DNA of 64,000 bases from Candidatus Coproplasma avicola (GTDB lineage: Bacteria; Bacillota; Clostridia; Christensenellales; Borkfalkiaceae). Numbering within the stretch: the stretch's first letter is position 1; every line of letters begins with the position of its first letter. The DNA is taken from assembly GCA_018712135.1 (NCBI GenBank), contig DVHK01000093.1, positions 8,834-72,833 of the forward strand, written 5' to 3'. Below are positions 35,470 through 45,400 of this stretch, piece by piece. Position numbers and translations under genes: made by a program. Below the pieces are notes generated by a model. It was not told where the DNA came from and ran no database searches. It saw only the letters and a program-made list of their open reading frames with translations.

Positions 35470-38139
35470 TTAACCTTCGATAAAGCTTACCTTCCAGATT
35501 TCGGAAAGAGGGCTTGCATAAGGCGTAGGTTGTCCATAAAGAGTGCTGCCGTCAATTTTTGTATTGTTGTAGACATACATGTCGCTGCGCTGATAGATGG
35601 GAAGTTCTACGGCAAGCTCCATAACCAAATCGGATGCTTCGCGATAGATTCCGCGGCGGCTTGACTGTGCTGTATATTCACGGCCTTCTTCGATGAGAGC
35701 ATCAAGCTGGCTCATAATGTTTGTTTCTATGGGATACTCTGCGGGTGCTTCAAGTATAGCGTCATAGCCCCAGTTGAGAACGGAGGTTGCACGGCTTTCG
35801 CTGTGGTAAACCTGATACATATCGGGGTCTACAGAGGACGACCACGCAGCCGCCCAGATTGCAAGACCGCCGCTGGCGAGCTTGTAGAGCGCGCGAGCAT
35901 CAGTTACAAGCGTAGCCGATATTCCGTTTGCTTCAAGGATATTAATTGCATTAAGGAATGTATTAGTTGCAGGGTGATCCCTTGTGTCACCTGCAATGGT
36001 GAAGGTAAATTCGAGGGGCTGACCATCTTCATCGTACCAACGGTTATTTTGATAGGTGCATCCTCCATCATAGAGCAATTCGCGCGCCGTTTCAAAAGTT
36101 CCGTCATACCCGTAATAACTTTCAGGGTTCCATTCGCGCACACCTTGATCATTGTTATATACCCAGCTTGTAGTTGAGAAGCAACGATAAACGGGTTCCG
36201 AGAATCTCTCGGGATAATAGCTCTGAACAAGATCAATATTCATAACCGTCATTAAAGCGCGGCGGATATAAATGTTGGGAATGAAGCTTGCATTGAAACC
36301 TATATAACCATAGCCTGCGGACTGCACGGTGACTTCGGAAAGCGAAGGTGTGCTTGCAACGGTATTACTGTTATCTGTAGTTGCCTGAGGATCGGCAAAG
36401 TCGACAGAGCCGCCCTGCAAAGAGGTCATGATCTGTGCAGAAGAGATAACCTTATACTGAACGTGCTTTATTCTGGCGTTGTAAACTTCCTGTTGGTTGC
36501 CGCCGGTAGTTACATAGTTGTCGTTGCGGATAAGGTAAACAATGTTGTTGCTGTTGAATCCATCAGAAACCGTTTGCCAGCTGTCCTGCGACGCCTGCGT
36601 CTGGTTGCCGTTTTCATCTACTTCCCAAAGCAAGGTCTGGTCGTTTATAGTCGATGCCTGATATACTCCCGCTCCCACGGGAACACTGTTGCGGCTCCTT
36701 ACATAATCCATAAAGGACTGCGAAGAATATTCTACGCCAAAGTTTGCCTCGTAATTTTCATCAGCCATTGCTGCGGCGTTGAGTTCGGGCGTGGTGTAGT
36801 AATGCATGGGTGCAACGGTGAATGCAAAGTTCCATTTTGCGCGGGGGTCAACACCGTTGATGGTTATCTGCAACATGTCGTATTCACCTTCGGCATACTG
36901 CGTTTCACCGTCAAATTCCGACGCATCGAGAATTTTTATGCCGGAAATGCTTTCGACCATGTTTCTGCCACCGTTATACTCGCGCACGGCGCCATAGTAA
37001 TATTCCCTGTCCTCTGCGGCAAAAGTTGTCTGCATATTGTCGCCGGTGGATGTATACGCATTAGAGAGAATATTGCTTACGCTTGAATCGTCAGCGCAGA
37101 GCGCCTCATAAGCAAATTCTATAGCGGCAGATCTGCCGGCAGCGTCATTTGTAAAGCTCAGGTTTTCGTTGCCCATCCAGTCGATGATATATTTGCCGTT
37201 TTCATCCCTGTCGTAAATGATAACGCCGCCGACAGTACGATACTGACGCTGAATGAGACCTATCTCATAGAAGAAACCCTGCCAGGTCTGCGAGGAATCG
37301 AAGGGATAATCTTCCTGATAAGTAGTCATATCGATTCCATTGTAGACCGTGCCGAGATCCTCGCGGAACTGATCTTTAACAGCCTGAATGTCTTCCTGAA
37401 TGTCCTCTTCGCCGTATTCAACATACTGTGAAGCAAGGTCGGCGCCTTCGTTTTCCTCATCGAAGGTTTGAAAAAGATTGAGTCTGTTGGTGTTATAAGT
37501 ACTTACGTAATTTCGCCATACACTGCCGCTCAAATTAGGATTGACGTAAGCGCTTACAGCATTTGCGCGCAATCCTGCGAGCGTTGAATAAGTTGAATTG
37601 ATTGAATCAAGGGAATCGTCAGTAGCATTCGGATCCTGAGCCTGATAAGCGGCGAGCCCCTGAATATCGGTTGAATAAAGCGTTGAAGAACCCGTATAGT
37701 TGGGGTCGAGATACATGTAGAGATTGAACAACACGTCGTGTGCGGTGAGAGGCTGTCCGTCGGAGAAAAGTATATCATTTTTGAGAACCAACTGATATAC
37801 CGTGTAACCGTTAGACGAACCATCGGGAGTAGGCGTACCATCCGCACGATACGATGTTTCATTGTAGTCGAGTGTTACCACGGGCTCGTTTACACCGTAA
37901 GTGACATTTTCGCCAGCATCGTCAGAGCCGAGCATGGATATCTGCGTCTGACCGACGATTGCGCTGTCGTATGCGGATGTTGCAAAGAAAGGATTGAACA
38001 CCCCGTCAAGGTCGCCCGTACTCAGATTGAGAACGGTGTCCTCATTGCTGATTGTGCTGCCGCCGCATGCAGGGACAAAGGGCAGAGCTAATGCAACCAC
38101 CATTCCTGCACAGGCAACTTTCAGCCATTTTGATTTCAT
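35470..38139 (-). CDS. Family-5 (OppA/DppA-type) ABC substrate-binding lipoprotein, unusually large (889 aa)
   Basis: Lipoprotein signal ALALPFVPAC|GG. SBP_bac_5-like segments (YTVYQLVLKNDILFSDGQPLTAHDVLFNL; AGYGYIGFN) are interrupted by long insertions. Position is first in the Opp-like operon. GGAGGA SD. Confidence 0.8.
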   Translation of the reverse strand: MKSKWLKVACAGMVVALALPFVPACGGSTISNEDTVLNLSTGDLDGVFNPFFATSAYDSAIVGQTQISMLGSDDAGENVTYGVNEPVVTLDYNETSYRADGTPTPDGSSNGYTVYQLVLKNDILFSDGQPLTAHDVLFNLYMYLDPNYTGSSTLYSTDIQGLAAYQAQDPNATDDSLDSINSTYSTLAGLRANAVSAYVNPNLSGSVWRNYVSTYNTNRLNLFQTFDEENEGADLASQYVEYGEEDIQEDIQAVKDQFREDLGTVYNGIDMTTYQEDYPFDSSQTWQGFFYEIGLIQRQYRTVGGVIIYDRDENGKYIIDWMGNENLSFTNDAAGRSAAIEFAYEALCADDSSVSNILSNAYTSTGDNMQTTFAAEDREYYYGAVREYNGGRNMVESISGIKILDASEFDGETQYAEGEYDMLQITINGVDPRAKWNFAFTVAPMHYYTTPELNAAAMADENYEANFGVEYSSQSFMDYVRSRNSVPVGAGVYQASTINDQTLLWEVDENGNQTQASQDSWQTVSDGFNSNNIVYLIRNDNYVTTGGNQQEVYNARIKHVQYKVISSAQIMTSLQGGSVDFADPQATTDNSNTVASTPSLSEVTVQSAGYGYIGFNASFIPNIYIRRALMTVMNIDLVQSYYPERFSEPVYRCFSTTSWVYNNDQGVREWNPESYYGYDGTFETARELLYDGGCTYQNNRWYDEDGQPLEFTFTIAGDTRDHPATNTFLNAINILEANGISATLVTDARALYKLASGGLAIWAAAWSSSVDPDMYQVYHSESRATSVLNWGYDAILEAPAEYPIETNIMSQLDALIEEGREYTAQSSRRGIYREASDLVMELAVELPIYQRSDMYVYNNTKIDGSTLYGQPTPYASPLSEIWKVSFIEG

Positions 38140-38197
38140 AATATGTCCTCCTGTTTGTTTTGTATAAATAGGATAAACTTTTAAAAGTTAAACTTTT

Positions 38198-39541
38198 TTA
38201 AACCAAGTATATTAAGTCGTCCTCAGTTTCGCCGTTGAAAGTAACATCACCCGTAACCGTCTGATTTTCAGCCTGCTCTATCCAATAAAGATTATTGTCT
38301 TCTGCAAGCTGATATGCGAATTTATCTACGCCTTCAAAAGAACTGTTAATGACAGTTATAGAGCACCCTTCAAGCACGACATCCGTGAACGTTCCGTCAC
38401 CGAATGTGCTTGCAAGCAACGCAATATTTTTAACCTGAGTTGCGTCGATTGATGATGTTGGATTGCAATAGACTGTAAGTTCAACGTTTTCAAACGTAAT
38501 ATCGTCGACAATACCGTTCATAACGCCAAACATAGAATAATTGCTGGCTTCAACCCCGTTTCTTACTTCGTCGACAACCCAAACATTGGAAATAGTATAA
38601 CCATTACCGTAAATTATTCCGTTGAACTCATCGAGGGCGTGCCACTTATAAGAGCTTGTATAATCGGATATAATGTCCGACTCAACATATTGCTGACCGA
38701 GGTCGATATCTTCTAGCAGATACCAATTGCTGTCCGATTGAAGAGTGAACGACCGCCCGACAGTTTCCTGCGTTACAAAGGTGAACTGACCTTCGAGAAC
38801 GTCGGCATATAATGTAAGGTCGGTCACGTTTTCGGGATAAACTGCGTTGTCGACAGAAAATTCGACGCGTTGCCCATCTTCGCCAAGCCAGTAGAAGCCC
38901 GTCGGAGTATAGGTTGTTGTGACCTCGGTATCTCCCACCACTTCGGTGTGGGTCAATCTCAACAAGCTACGGTTTATCGTATCGGCGCGCAGAGAATACA
39001 CGCCTTCGTCGTTAGTATTATAAAACCTTGAAAGAATCGAACCGGGTTGCGTTATATCCCAGGTCTGGAAATTTACTTCTTCGCCGTCGATAATCGCATT
39101 AAGATATAGGAGGTCGTACCTTTCCCATATGGCGCGAAGAGTAATATCCTCGGTTACTCTGTCTGTCGAAAAGTTCCAGGGCCGTGTCTGTTCACTGCCG
39201 TCCTCTCCCTCTTCCACCAGTTCCCAGCCGGTAAGCTGATAATGTATGCGGGTGGGGCGGCTGACGATATTGAGCTCACCCATTCCGCTGGGCCAATAGC
39301 CGGGTTCAACAGTCAAAGAATTGTACTGCACCAGAACATACTGCGTCGTTGCCGAAGAGTTTGTGGCAAAAGTGCCGCCGTTGGCGTCGTAAGTTACCTG
39401 ATAATCGAACCCCTGTTCTCTGAGCTGGTCTTCCATATCAGAGGATGAACAAGCCGAAAGCGTGCCCGCGCAAACTGCGGTGACTATCAGCAGAAAGAGC
39501 ACGATTAAAATGTTGCGCTTTTGTGCCTTATTGATTTTCAA
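38198..39541 (-). CDS. Lipoprotein with Listeria-Bacteroides (Flg_new/InlB B-repeat) type repeat
   Basis: TTG start 8 nt after GGGAGG. Signal/lipobox AGTLSAC|SSS. YQVTYDANGGTF...YQLTGWEL... matches the Flg_new repeat pattern. Confidence 0.7.
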   Translation of the reverse strand: MKINKAQKRNILIVLFLLIVTAVCAGTLSACSSSDMEDQLREQGFDYQVTYDANGGTFATNSSATTQYVLVQYNSLTVEPGYWPSGMGELNIVSRPTRIHYQLTGWELVEEGEDGSEQTRPWNFSTDRVTEDITLRAIWERYDLLYLNAIIDGEEVNFQTWDITQPGSILSRFYNTNDEGVYSLRADTINRSLLRLTHTEVVGDTEVTTTYTPTGFYWLGEDGQRVEFSVDNAVYPENVTDLTLYADVLEGQFTFVTQETVGRSFTLQSDSNWYLLEDIDLGQQYVESDIISDYTSSYKWHALDEFNGIIYGNGYTISNVWVVDEVRNGVEASNYSMFGVMNGIVDDITFENVELTVYCNPTSSIDATQVKNIALLASTFGDGTFTDVVLEGCSITVINSSFEGVDKFAYQLAEDNNLYWIEQAENQTVTGDVTFNGETEDDLIYLV

Positions 39542-39700
39542 GGCTTAAACCTCCCGTTATTCTGCGGCGGGTCGCCGCGCTGATTTATTGCACTGCATCA
39601 ATAAAATTAGTTGTATTTATTATAAGGTATAAAAGGCTTATAGTCAAGCAATAGCCCCGCCGTCTGCAATTTTTCACTTACAGACGGCAGCTTGTTTGCC

Positions 39701-42454
39701 TTAAACAACTATTGCAATTTTAATTGTTTCAAAATCCGAATTGCCGAAACGATCGGTCGCGCGGATAATTATATTATAAACTCCGCAGATCGTCATGTCG
39801 TAAATTCCGTTTTCACCCTCAACAACAGTTCCTACCTGAGAGGAACTGTCTGACGTCTCGCCGTCCTCGGGAGTAATGCGCCTTACGGAATCGATTGAAA
39901 ATACTATATCCTCCGCTGCCGTCGCATTGTCGGTTGCGGTTACGCCGCACGACAAAACAAATTCGAGAAGATTTGTCTGCGCAGACATCTGCGACGAGCT
40001 GAATTTGAGCGCGCTTTGAGAAATTTCAATAACAGGCGCCCTCATATCCGCGGCAAGGAAGGAAAGCGAAGAATACGTTTGCGAGTAAATATCGACATAT
40101 GTCGGCATTGCGTCATTTTCTTCGTCGTACCATTTACTTGTCACATCATAAGAAGGAGTTCCGTCGGCGACAAATATTACCAGGTCGCTCGCACAACCGT
40201 CGAATGCGCCCTCACCTATTTGTGCGGCATCATCCCCGGAAAGACCCGCAAACAGAATGACAGTACGGAGAGACGTGCAATCTGAGAATGCATTTGCACC
40301 GATTTGATTTATGCGCGAATTTTCGGGGGCATTGACCGTAACAGTTACGAGGGACACGCAAGCTTCAAACGCATTTGCACCTATCGATGACGTTACCGAG
40401 GGAAGGACAATACTTTCAAGCGATGCGCAACCGCTGAATGCGCCCTCCGGAATAACCGAAAGAGACAAACCTGTAAGGTCAAGCGTAGTGAACGCGCAAT
40501 TTTCAAATGCATATTGACCAAGAGTTCTGACCCCGGCAACTGAAACCTCTTCAAGCGAGGTGCAGCCGCTGAACGCATACGCACCGACTTCGGTTACTGA
40601 TGAAGGAAGCGAAGCGGACGATAAAGCCGTACAACCCTCAAATGCGCTTTCTCCTACCGAATTAAGCGGCGCAGCAGAGAAGTTTATGTCTGCAAGATTG
40701 ACGCAACCGGCAAACGCTTGCGCGGGAATAGCCGAAAGCCTGCTGCCGTTGGCAAACGTTACCGAAGTTATCGTTAAGTTGTCTGCAAAGACCCCCTCTG
40801 CCATCGTCGTCACCGACGAAGGGATGGTTATGCTCGCAGAACTTCCTCTATATCCTATCAGAACGCGATTTTCACCGTCGAAGTAAACAAGACCGTTTTC
40901 AGCGACCGTTCCGACAGAACTGCCTGCAAATGCGCCCTCTCCTACAAATTTAACATACTTGCCGCCCGCAAAACCGGAAAGAGCCGTACAACCGCCGAAT
41001 GCGTTTGCGCCGATATATGTCACGTTGTCGGGCAAAGTAACCGATGTGATTTCAGTATTGCCGCTGAATGCACTTTCAGCGACAGCCGTAACAGGCATTC
41101 CGTTGTAAGTTGAGGGTATAATTAACTGCGTTTCTGAACCGGAAAAACCGGTAACCATATATCCGGGCGTAACCGAACTAAGAACAAACTCAAAGTTTTG
41201 AGTATTGCCCGCAGGCGCCAAGGATAAATCGCGATTGAATGTCGCATCAGTCAAATCATAAACAGTGCCGTCTGCCGAAACAAACGAAGTAACATCATAC
41301 CCGTAGAATTCAGAGATCTCAGCAAGCTGCCCGTCGGAAACTCCCTGCATTTTGGGCACGAAGATTACGAGCTGATTTTCATCATCAGCAAAAGTCAAGG
41401 CAACATAGCCTGCCGCTCTCGTCCATTGCGCATATAATGTCAACGCGCTGTCGCTGTGAGGCAAATACTCGCCGACAGGCTGCATACCCACAGCATCGAG
41501 CGACCAGCCGCCAAAGATATAAACGGGCGACTCCCCTTCCTCCACGAAAGCAGAGTTTACCGTACTTTGGAAATTTTCGACTATACCGTCGTCGGGGATT
41601 TCAGCCCCTTCATTGCCTGTCCCGGTTGCCGTGTCTTGCTGACCTGATACAGGGCTGTTGAGGTCGAACGTAATTTGAACATTCTGTGAAAGCGCGTGCC
41701 ATGCAGCATAGATTGTAGCGTCACTGTCAAGCACCCCGAAAGTATACGGCTGTGTTAAACTTTCGTCTGCAAACCAACCGTCGAATACATAATTTTCTCT
41801 TACAGGGTCTGCGGGTGCAGATACGTCAGTACCTTCTTCAACGACAATGCTCTCTATCGCATCGCCGCCGTTGGTTTCAAACGTAAGCGTATAAAGCTTT
41901 ACCCATTTTGCATAGACGGTGATATCCGAAGCCAGCATTGTGTTGGCTTTAAAGATAAATTCTTTGGAATACTGAGCATCCCAATACCAGCCGTCAAAGC
42001 GATATCCATCCCTCTGAGGATCGGCGGGGCGGGAAAGATACTCGTACGCAGTATACTGCTGGGCCTCTACCGCCGAGCCTCCGCAGCTGTCGAACGACAG
42101 AGTGTACAGTTCGACCGCGCCCCATGCGGCGTATAGAGTTACGTCTGAAGAGGGCGAAAACTGCGCGGGCGCGCGTTGGTTGAGTTCGGCATCGAGATAC
42201 CAGCCGTAAAAATAGCTTTCACCATTATTATCGGTTATATAGTCGTCGAGATTAATCGACTGTCCTGCGGCGACGTCAACAGACGCCACTGCAGAACCGC
42301 CGTTTGAATTGAATGTTACAGTATAAACACTATCGCCATCGCTGCCCGTGCCGGGAGTATCGCCGCCGGAATCATTTCCGCAGGCAGCAAGAGCAGCTGC
42401 CGAAAGGGACATTCCGATTGCCAATGCAGATATCAGAAAAAATCTCTTATTCAC
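39701..42454 (-). CDS. Surface lipoprotein with about 4-5 Flg_new repeats, a BspA-type leucine-rich-repeat block and a C-terminal Ig-like domain
   Basis: Repeats of the form YTVTFNSNGGSAV...YFYGWYLD, YTLSFDSCGGSAV...FDGWYWD and YTLTFETNGGDAI...FDGWFAD, then LRR_5-like units (IPSSVTTMAEGVFADN..., LPSSVTEVGAYAFSGC...). Preferred start is the GTG at 42454 (MNKRFFLISALAIGMSLSAAALAAC|GND), 9 nt after AAAGGAGG and overlapping the stop of the giant gene by 8 nt. ORF-track alternatives are 42541, 42490 and 42463. Confidence 0.75.
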   Translation of the reverse strand: MNKRFFLISALAIGMSLSAAALAACGNDSGGDTPGTGSDGDSVYTVTFNSNGGSAVASVDVAAGQSINLDDYITDNNGESYFYGWYLDAELNQRAPAQFSPSSDVTLYAAWGAVELYTLSFDSCGGSAVEAQQYTAYEYLSRPADPQRDGYRFDGWYWDAQYSKEFIFKANTMLASDITVYAKWVKLYTLTFETNGGDAIESIVVEEGTDVSAPADPVRENYVFDGWFADESLTQPYTFGVLDSDATIYAAWHALSQNVQITFDLNSPVSGQQDTATGTGNEGAEIPDDGIVENFQSTVNSAFVEEGESPVYIFGGWSLDAVGMQPVGEYLPHSDSALTLYAQWTRAAGYVALTFADDENQLVIFVPKMQGVSDGQLAEISEFYGYDVTSFVSADGTVYDLTDATFNRDLSLAPAGNTQNFEFVLSSVTPGYMVTGFSGSETQLIIPSTYNGMPVTAVAESAFSGNTEITSVTLPDNVTYIGANAFGGCTALSGFAGGKYVKFVGEGAFAGSSVGTVAENGLVYFDGENRVLIGYRGSSASITIPSSVTTMAEGVFADNLTITSVTFANGSRLSAIPAQAFAGCVNLADINFSAAPLNSVGESAFEGCTALSSASLPSSVTEVGAYAFSGCTSLEEVSVAGVRTLGQYAFENCAFTTLDLTGLSLSVIPEGAFSGCASLESIVLPSVTSSIGANAFEACVSLVTVTVNAPENSRINQIGANAFSDCTSLRTVILFAGLSGDDAAQIGEGAFDGCASDLVIFVADGTPSYDVTSKWYDEENDAMPTYVDIYSQTYSSLSFLAADMRAPVIEISQSALKFSSSQMSAQTNLLEFVLSCGVTATDNATAAEDIVFSIDSVRRITPEDGETSDSSSQVGTVVEGENGIYDMTICGVYNIIIRATDRFGNSDFETIKIAIVV

Positions 42455-45400
42455 GGTTCTCATCCTCCTTTTCACGGATCTCGTCTTCATTGTGCAACGA
42501 ATTGTTAACTGTATTTTTCTTGCGCAGTCTGAGAACGACAATTACAGCTGCAATTATTATCAGAGCACCAACGCCGCCGCAGATACCGCCTATAAGTCCG
42601 CCGTTTGCACACGACTGACCGTCGGAAGGCGTTTCAGGTTCGGGCTGATCAGTATTACCGCTGAGCTCGTTGATTCTTTCAACTGCCGCATTGAGCTTAT
42701 CGACATAATCGGCAATAAACTCCCTCTGTCCGTTGCTCATCATTCTGTAATCGGTGTACATTTGATTGACCGTTGTCGCATCATCGAGCGTAAGAGCATC
42801 GACATCAAGAGCGATCAGCCAATCGAGCAGTGCCTGCGTGCCGCTTTCGATTCTTTCTTCTGAATATTCTATCGAATAGAAGAAATATTCATAGAGCACC
42901 GAATCAAAGCCCGTAGCGTTCTGAGGAATTATCATGTTGTTGAGCAAATAGCCAACCGCCTCGCTGAAATTGTAATACAGCGCAATGAAAGAAGCTGCAT
43001 CTTCGTCGCTGTAATTTGTTTCGAGCGTGGGAGCCGTAAGACCGTTGAAAATAAACAGAGGATAAAGCTCGGGGTCGATAGTGCCGGTTATACTGCCGTC
43101 TATTATAAGGCTTCTGCCCATATAATAGAATGCATACGCGCCGATGGAGCGCACGGAAGCAGGCAGTTCGACCGCATGAATATCATCGCAGTAAGCCATT
43201 GCCCAATCGCCTATACGGCTTGTGCCGTCGAGGACGACGAAAGGCGTCGTGTTATCGCCGGTACCGTTGAGCACAATGCCGTTGGGAACAGCAACAAGCT
43301 CATAACTGCCGTTTGCGAGAATTTTATACAGTCCGCCGTTTTCATAATCGGCAAAGAATACAGGGTTGTTGCTGTCGACATCGATTTCGACGAGGTTAGC
43401 GCAACCGGCAAATGCAGGAGTGCCGATAATTTCAAGAGATGCGGGAAGCGATATACTGGTTATAAGCGAATTATAGAACGCGCCGCCACCGAGACCGACG
43501 AGTTTATCGCCGATTTCTACCGAACGTATGCTGCCCGTCTGGCTGTCGCCGTCTTCATCCTGCGTGGGAACATAGAATGCCGAAGCATAAATCTGTTCAA
43601 CGTTAGGAAGATTGAGCGAACGAAGATTGATACAATTATAGAACGCAGAGTTGCCTATTTCTACGGCATCTGTAAAATCACCGTCGGATACAGCCGTGCC
43701 ATAGAAGCTGCGGGCATCAAAATATTCAATGCCTGAGAGCTCAATGTCGCGCACCGCACTGCCTTCAAACGCGCTGACGCCGACATAGGACATGTCCTCG
43801 TCTACCGTTACTGTTGTAAGGGCGGTTGTGCGATAGAACGAATAATCGCCTATTCTCTCGATGCCGGAAAGGTCAATCTGAGAAAGAACGGTATTACCGG
43901 CGAAAGCATAGTCGCCTATACTCTCAATCGAGGAGGCAAGACTAACTTCGGAGAGGTAGTTGTTGCTGCCTATCGTTGTGCCGTCTGTTATAGCAAATGC
44001 GTAGTTACCTACAACCTTTGCTCCGTCGCCGAAAGTAACGGATGTGAGACCGTCATTATTGGCAAAAGCATAGTCGCCCATCTCTTCAAGCGATGCCGAC
44101 ACATAAACGCTTCGAAGCAGTTCGCATCCTTTAAACGCGCTCTCGCCAAGCGAAATAAGGCTGTCGGGAAGTCTGACCTGTGAAAGGCTGATGTTGTTTT
44201 CAAATGCGCTGACACCTATTGAAGTGAGACGCGCATTCGATGCAAACGTAAGCGACGAAAGATTTTCATTGCCATAGAAAGCATAGTCGCCTATACTCTC
44301 GACATTTCTGCCGACCTCAAGCGATTGAAGAGCCGTACCATAGAAAGCATAATCGCCTATCGAAGTTACGCTGTCGGGAATCTGTATCCGTGTAAGCGAA
44401 GAGCAACCGCGGAACATTCCTTCGGGAATAGAACTTATATCGCCGAGGAAAATTACAGATTCAAGATTTTCGCAATAAGCAAAAATATCCTCACCGAAAG
44501 TAGTTACACTTGCAGGAATGACTACGCTTACAATACCCGTACCCGCAAACGCAGCCGAACCGATCTCTGTCACGCCGTCCGCAATGACGAGCGTCATGCC
44601 GTCGAGCGAAGAATTGTTTGCATAGGACTGATCGCCTATGACAGTCATTCCCTCGCCGATAGTAACCGTATTTCCCTGGGTACTTACCGGATATGCCGGG
44701 GGAACAAGTACGGCGTTGCCATTCTTGTCGGTTATCATGGAGTAACTGCCGTTAGTAACGACATTATAATATTCGCTTGCATCGGCGAGAGAAATCGAAA
44801 CAAGGCTGTTGCAGCCGCGGAACATATCCGCACCGAGGTTTGTCAGCCTTACGTCGCCGCTCAGCATAACCTCCGACAGAGCGCTGCAATTCTGGAATAC
44901 ATAATTGCCTAACGTCGTCACGCCAGAGGGGAGTTCGATTTGTTCAAGCGAAGTGCAGTTTGCAAAAGCGTAATCGCCGATGGATGAGAACGAGCGGTTA
45001 AACGTTACCGTCGTAAGCGAAGGACAATTTTCAAACGCACGCGAGCCTATTGTATTGAGCGAAGAATAATTGCCGTCCACATACTCAAATGTCACGCTTT
45101 CAAGTTCGGGCATACCGGCGAATACAGCGTTGCCGACATATGAACCATAATAGGTAACGTTGCGGATTCCCGTACCATAGAACATATACGCGCCGAGAAC
45201 CGTATTGACATCGAGCATAACGCCGGTGATGTCGGAGCAGCCATAGAACACGCTCATTCCGCTGAAACGCAAATCGCGCAAATCAATTGAACCTTCAAGC
45301 GAAACACATCCGCTGAACGCGAAATCATACAGGCCTGTCACACCCTCAAAGTCAATCGTATGAAGCCTTACGCAGTCTCTGAATGCGTCGGATCCGATGA

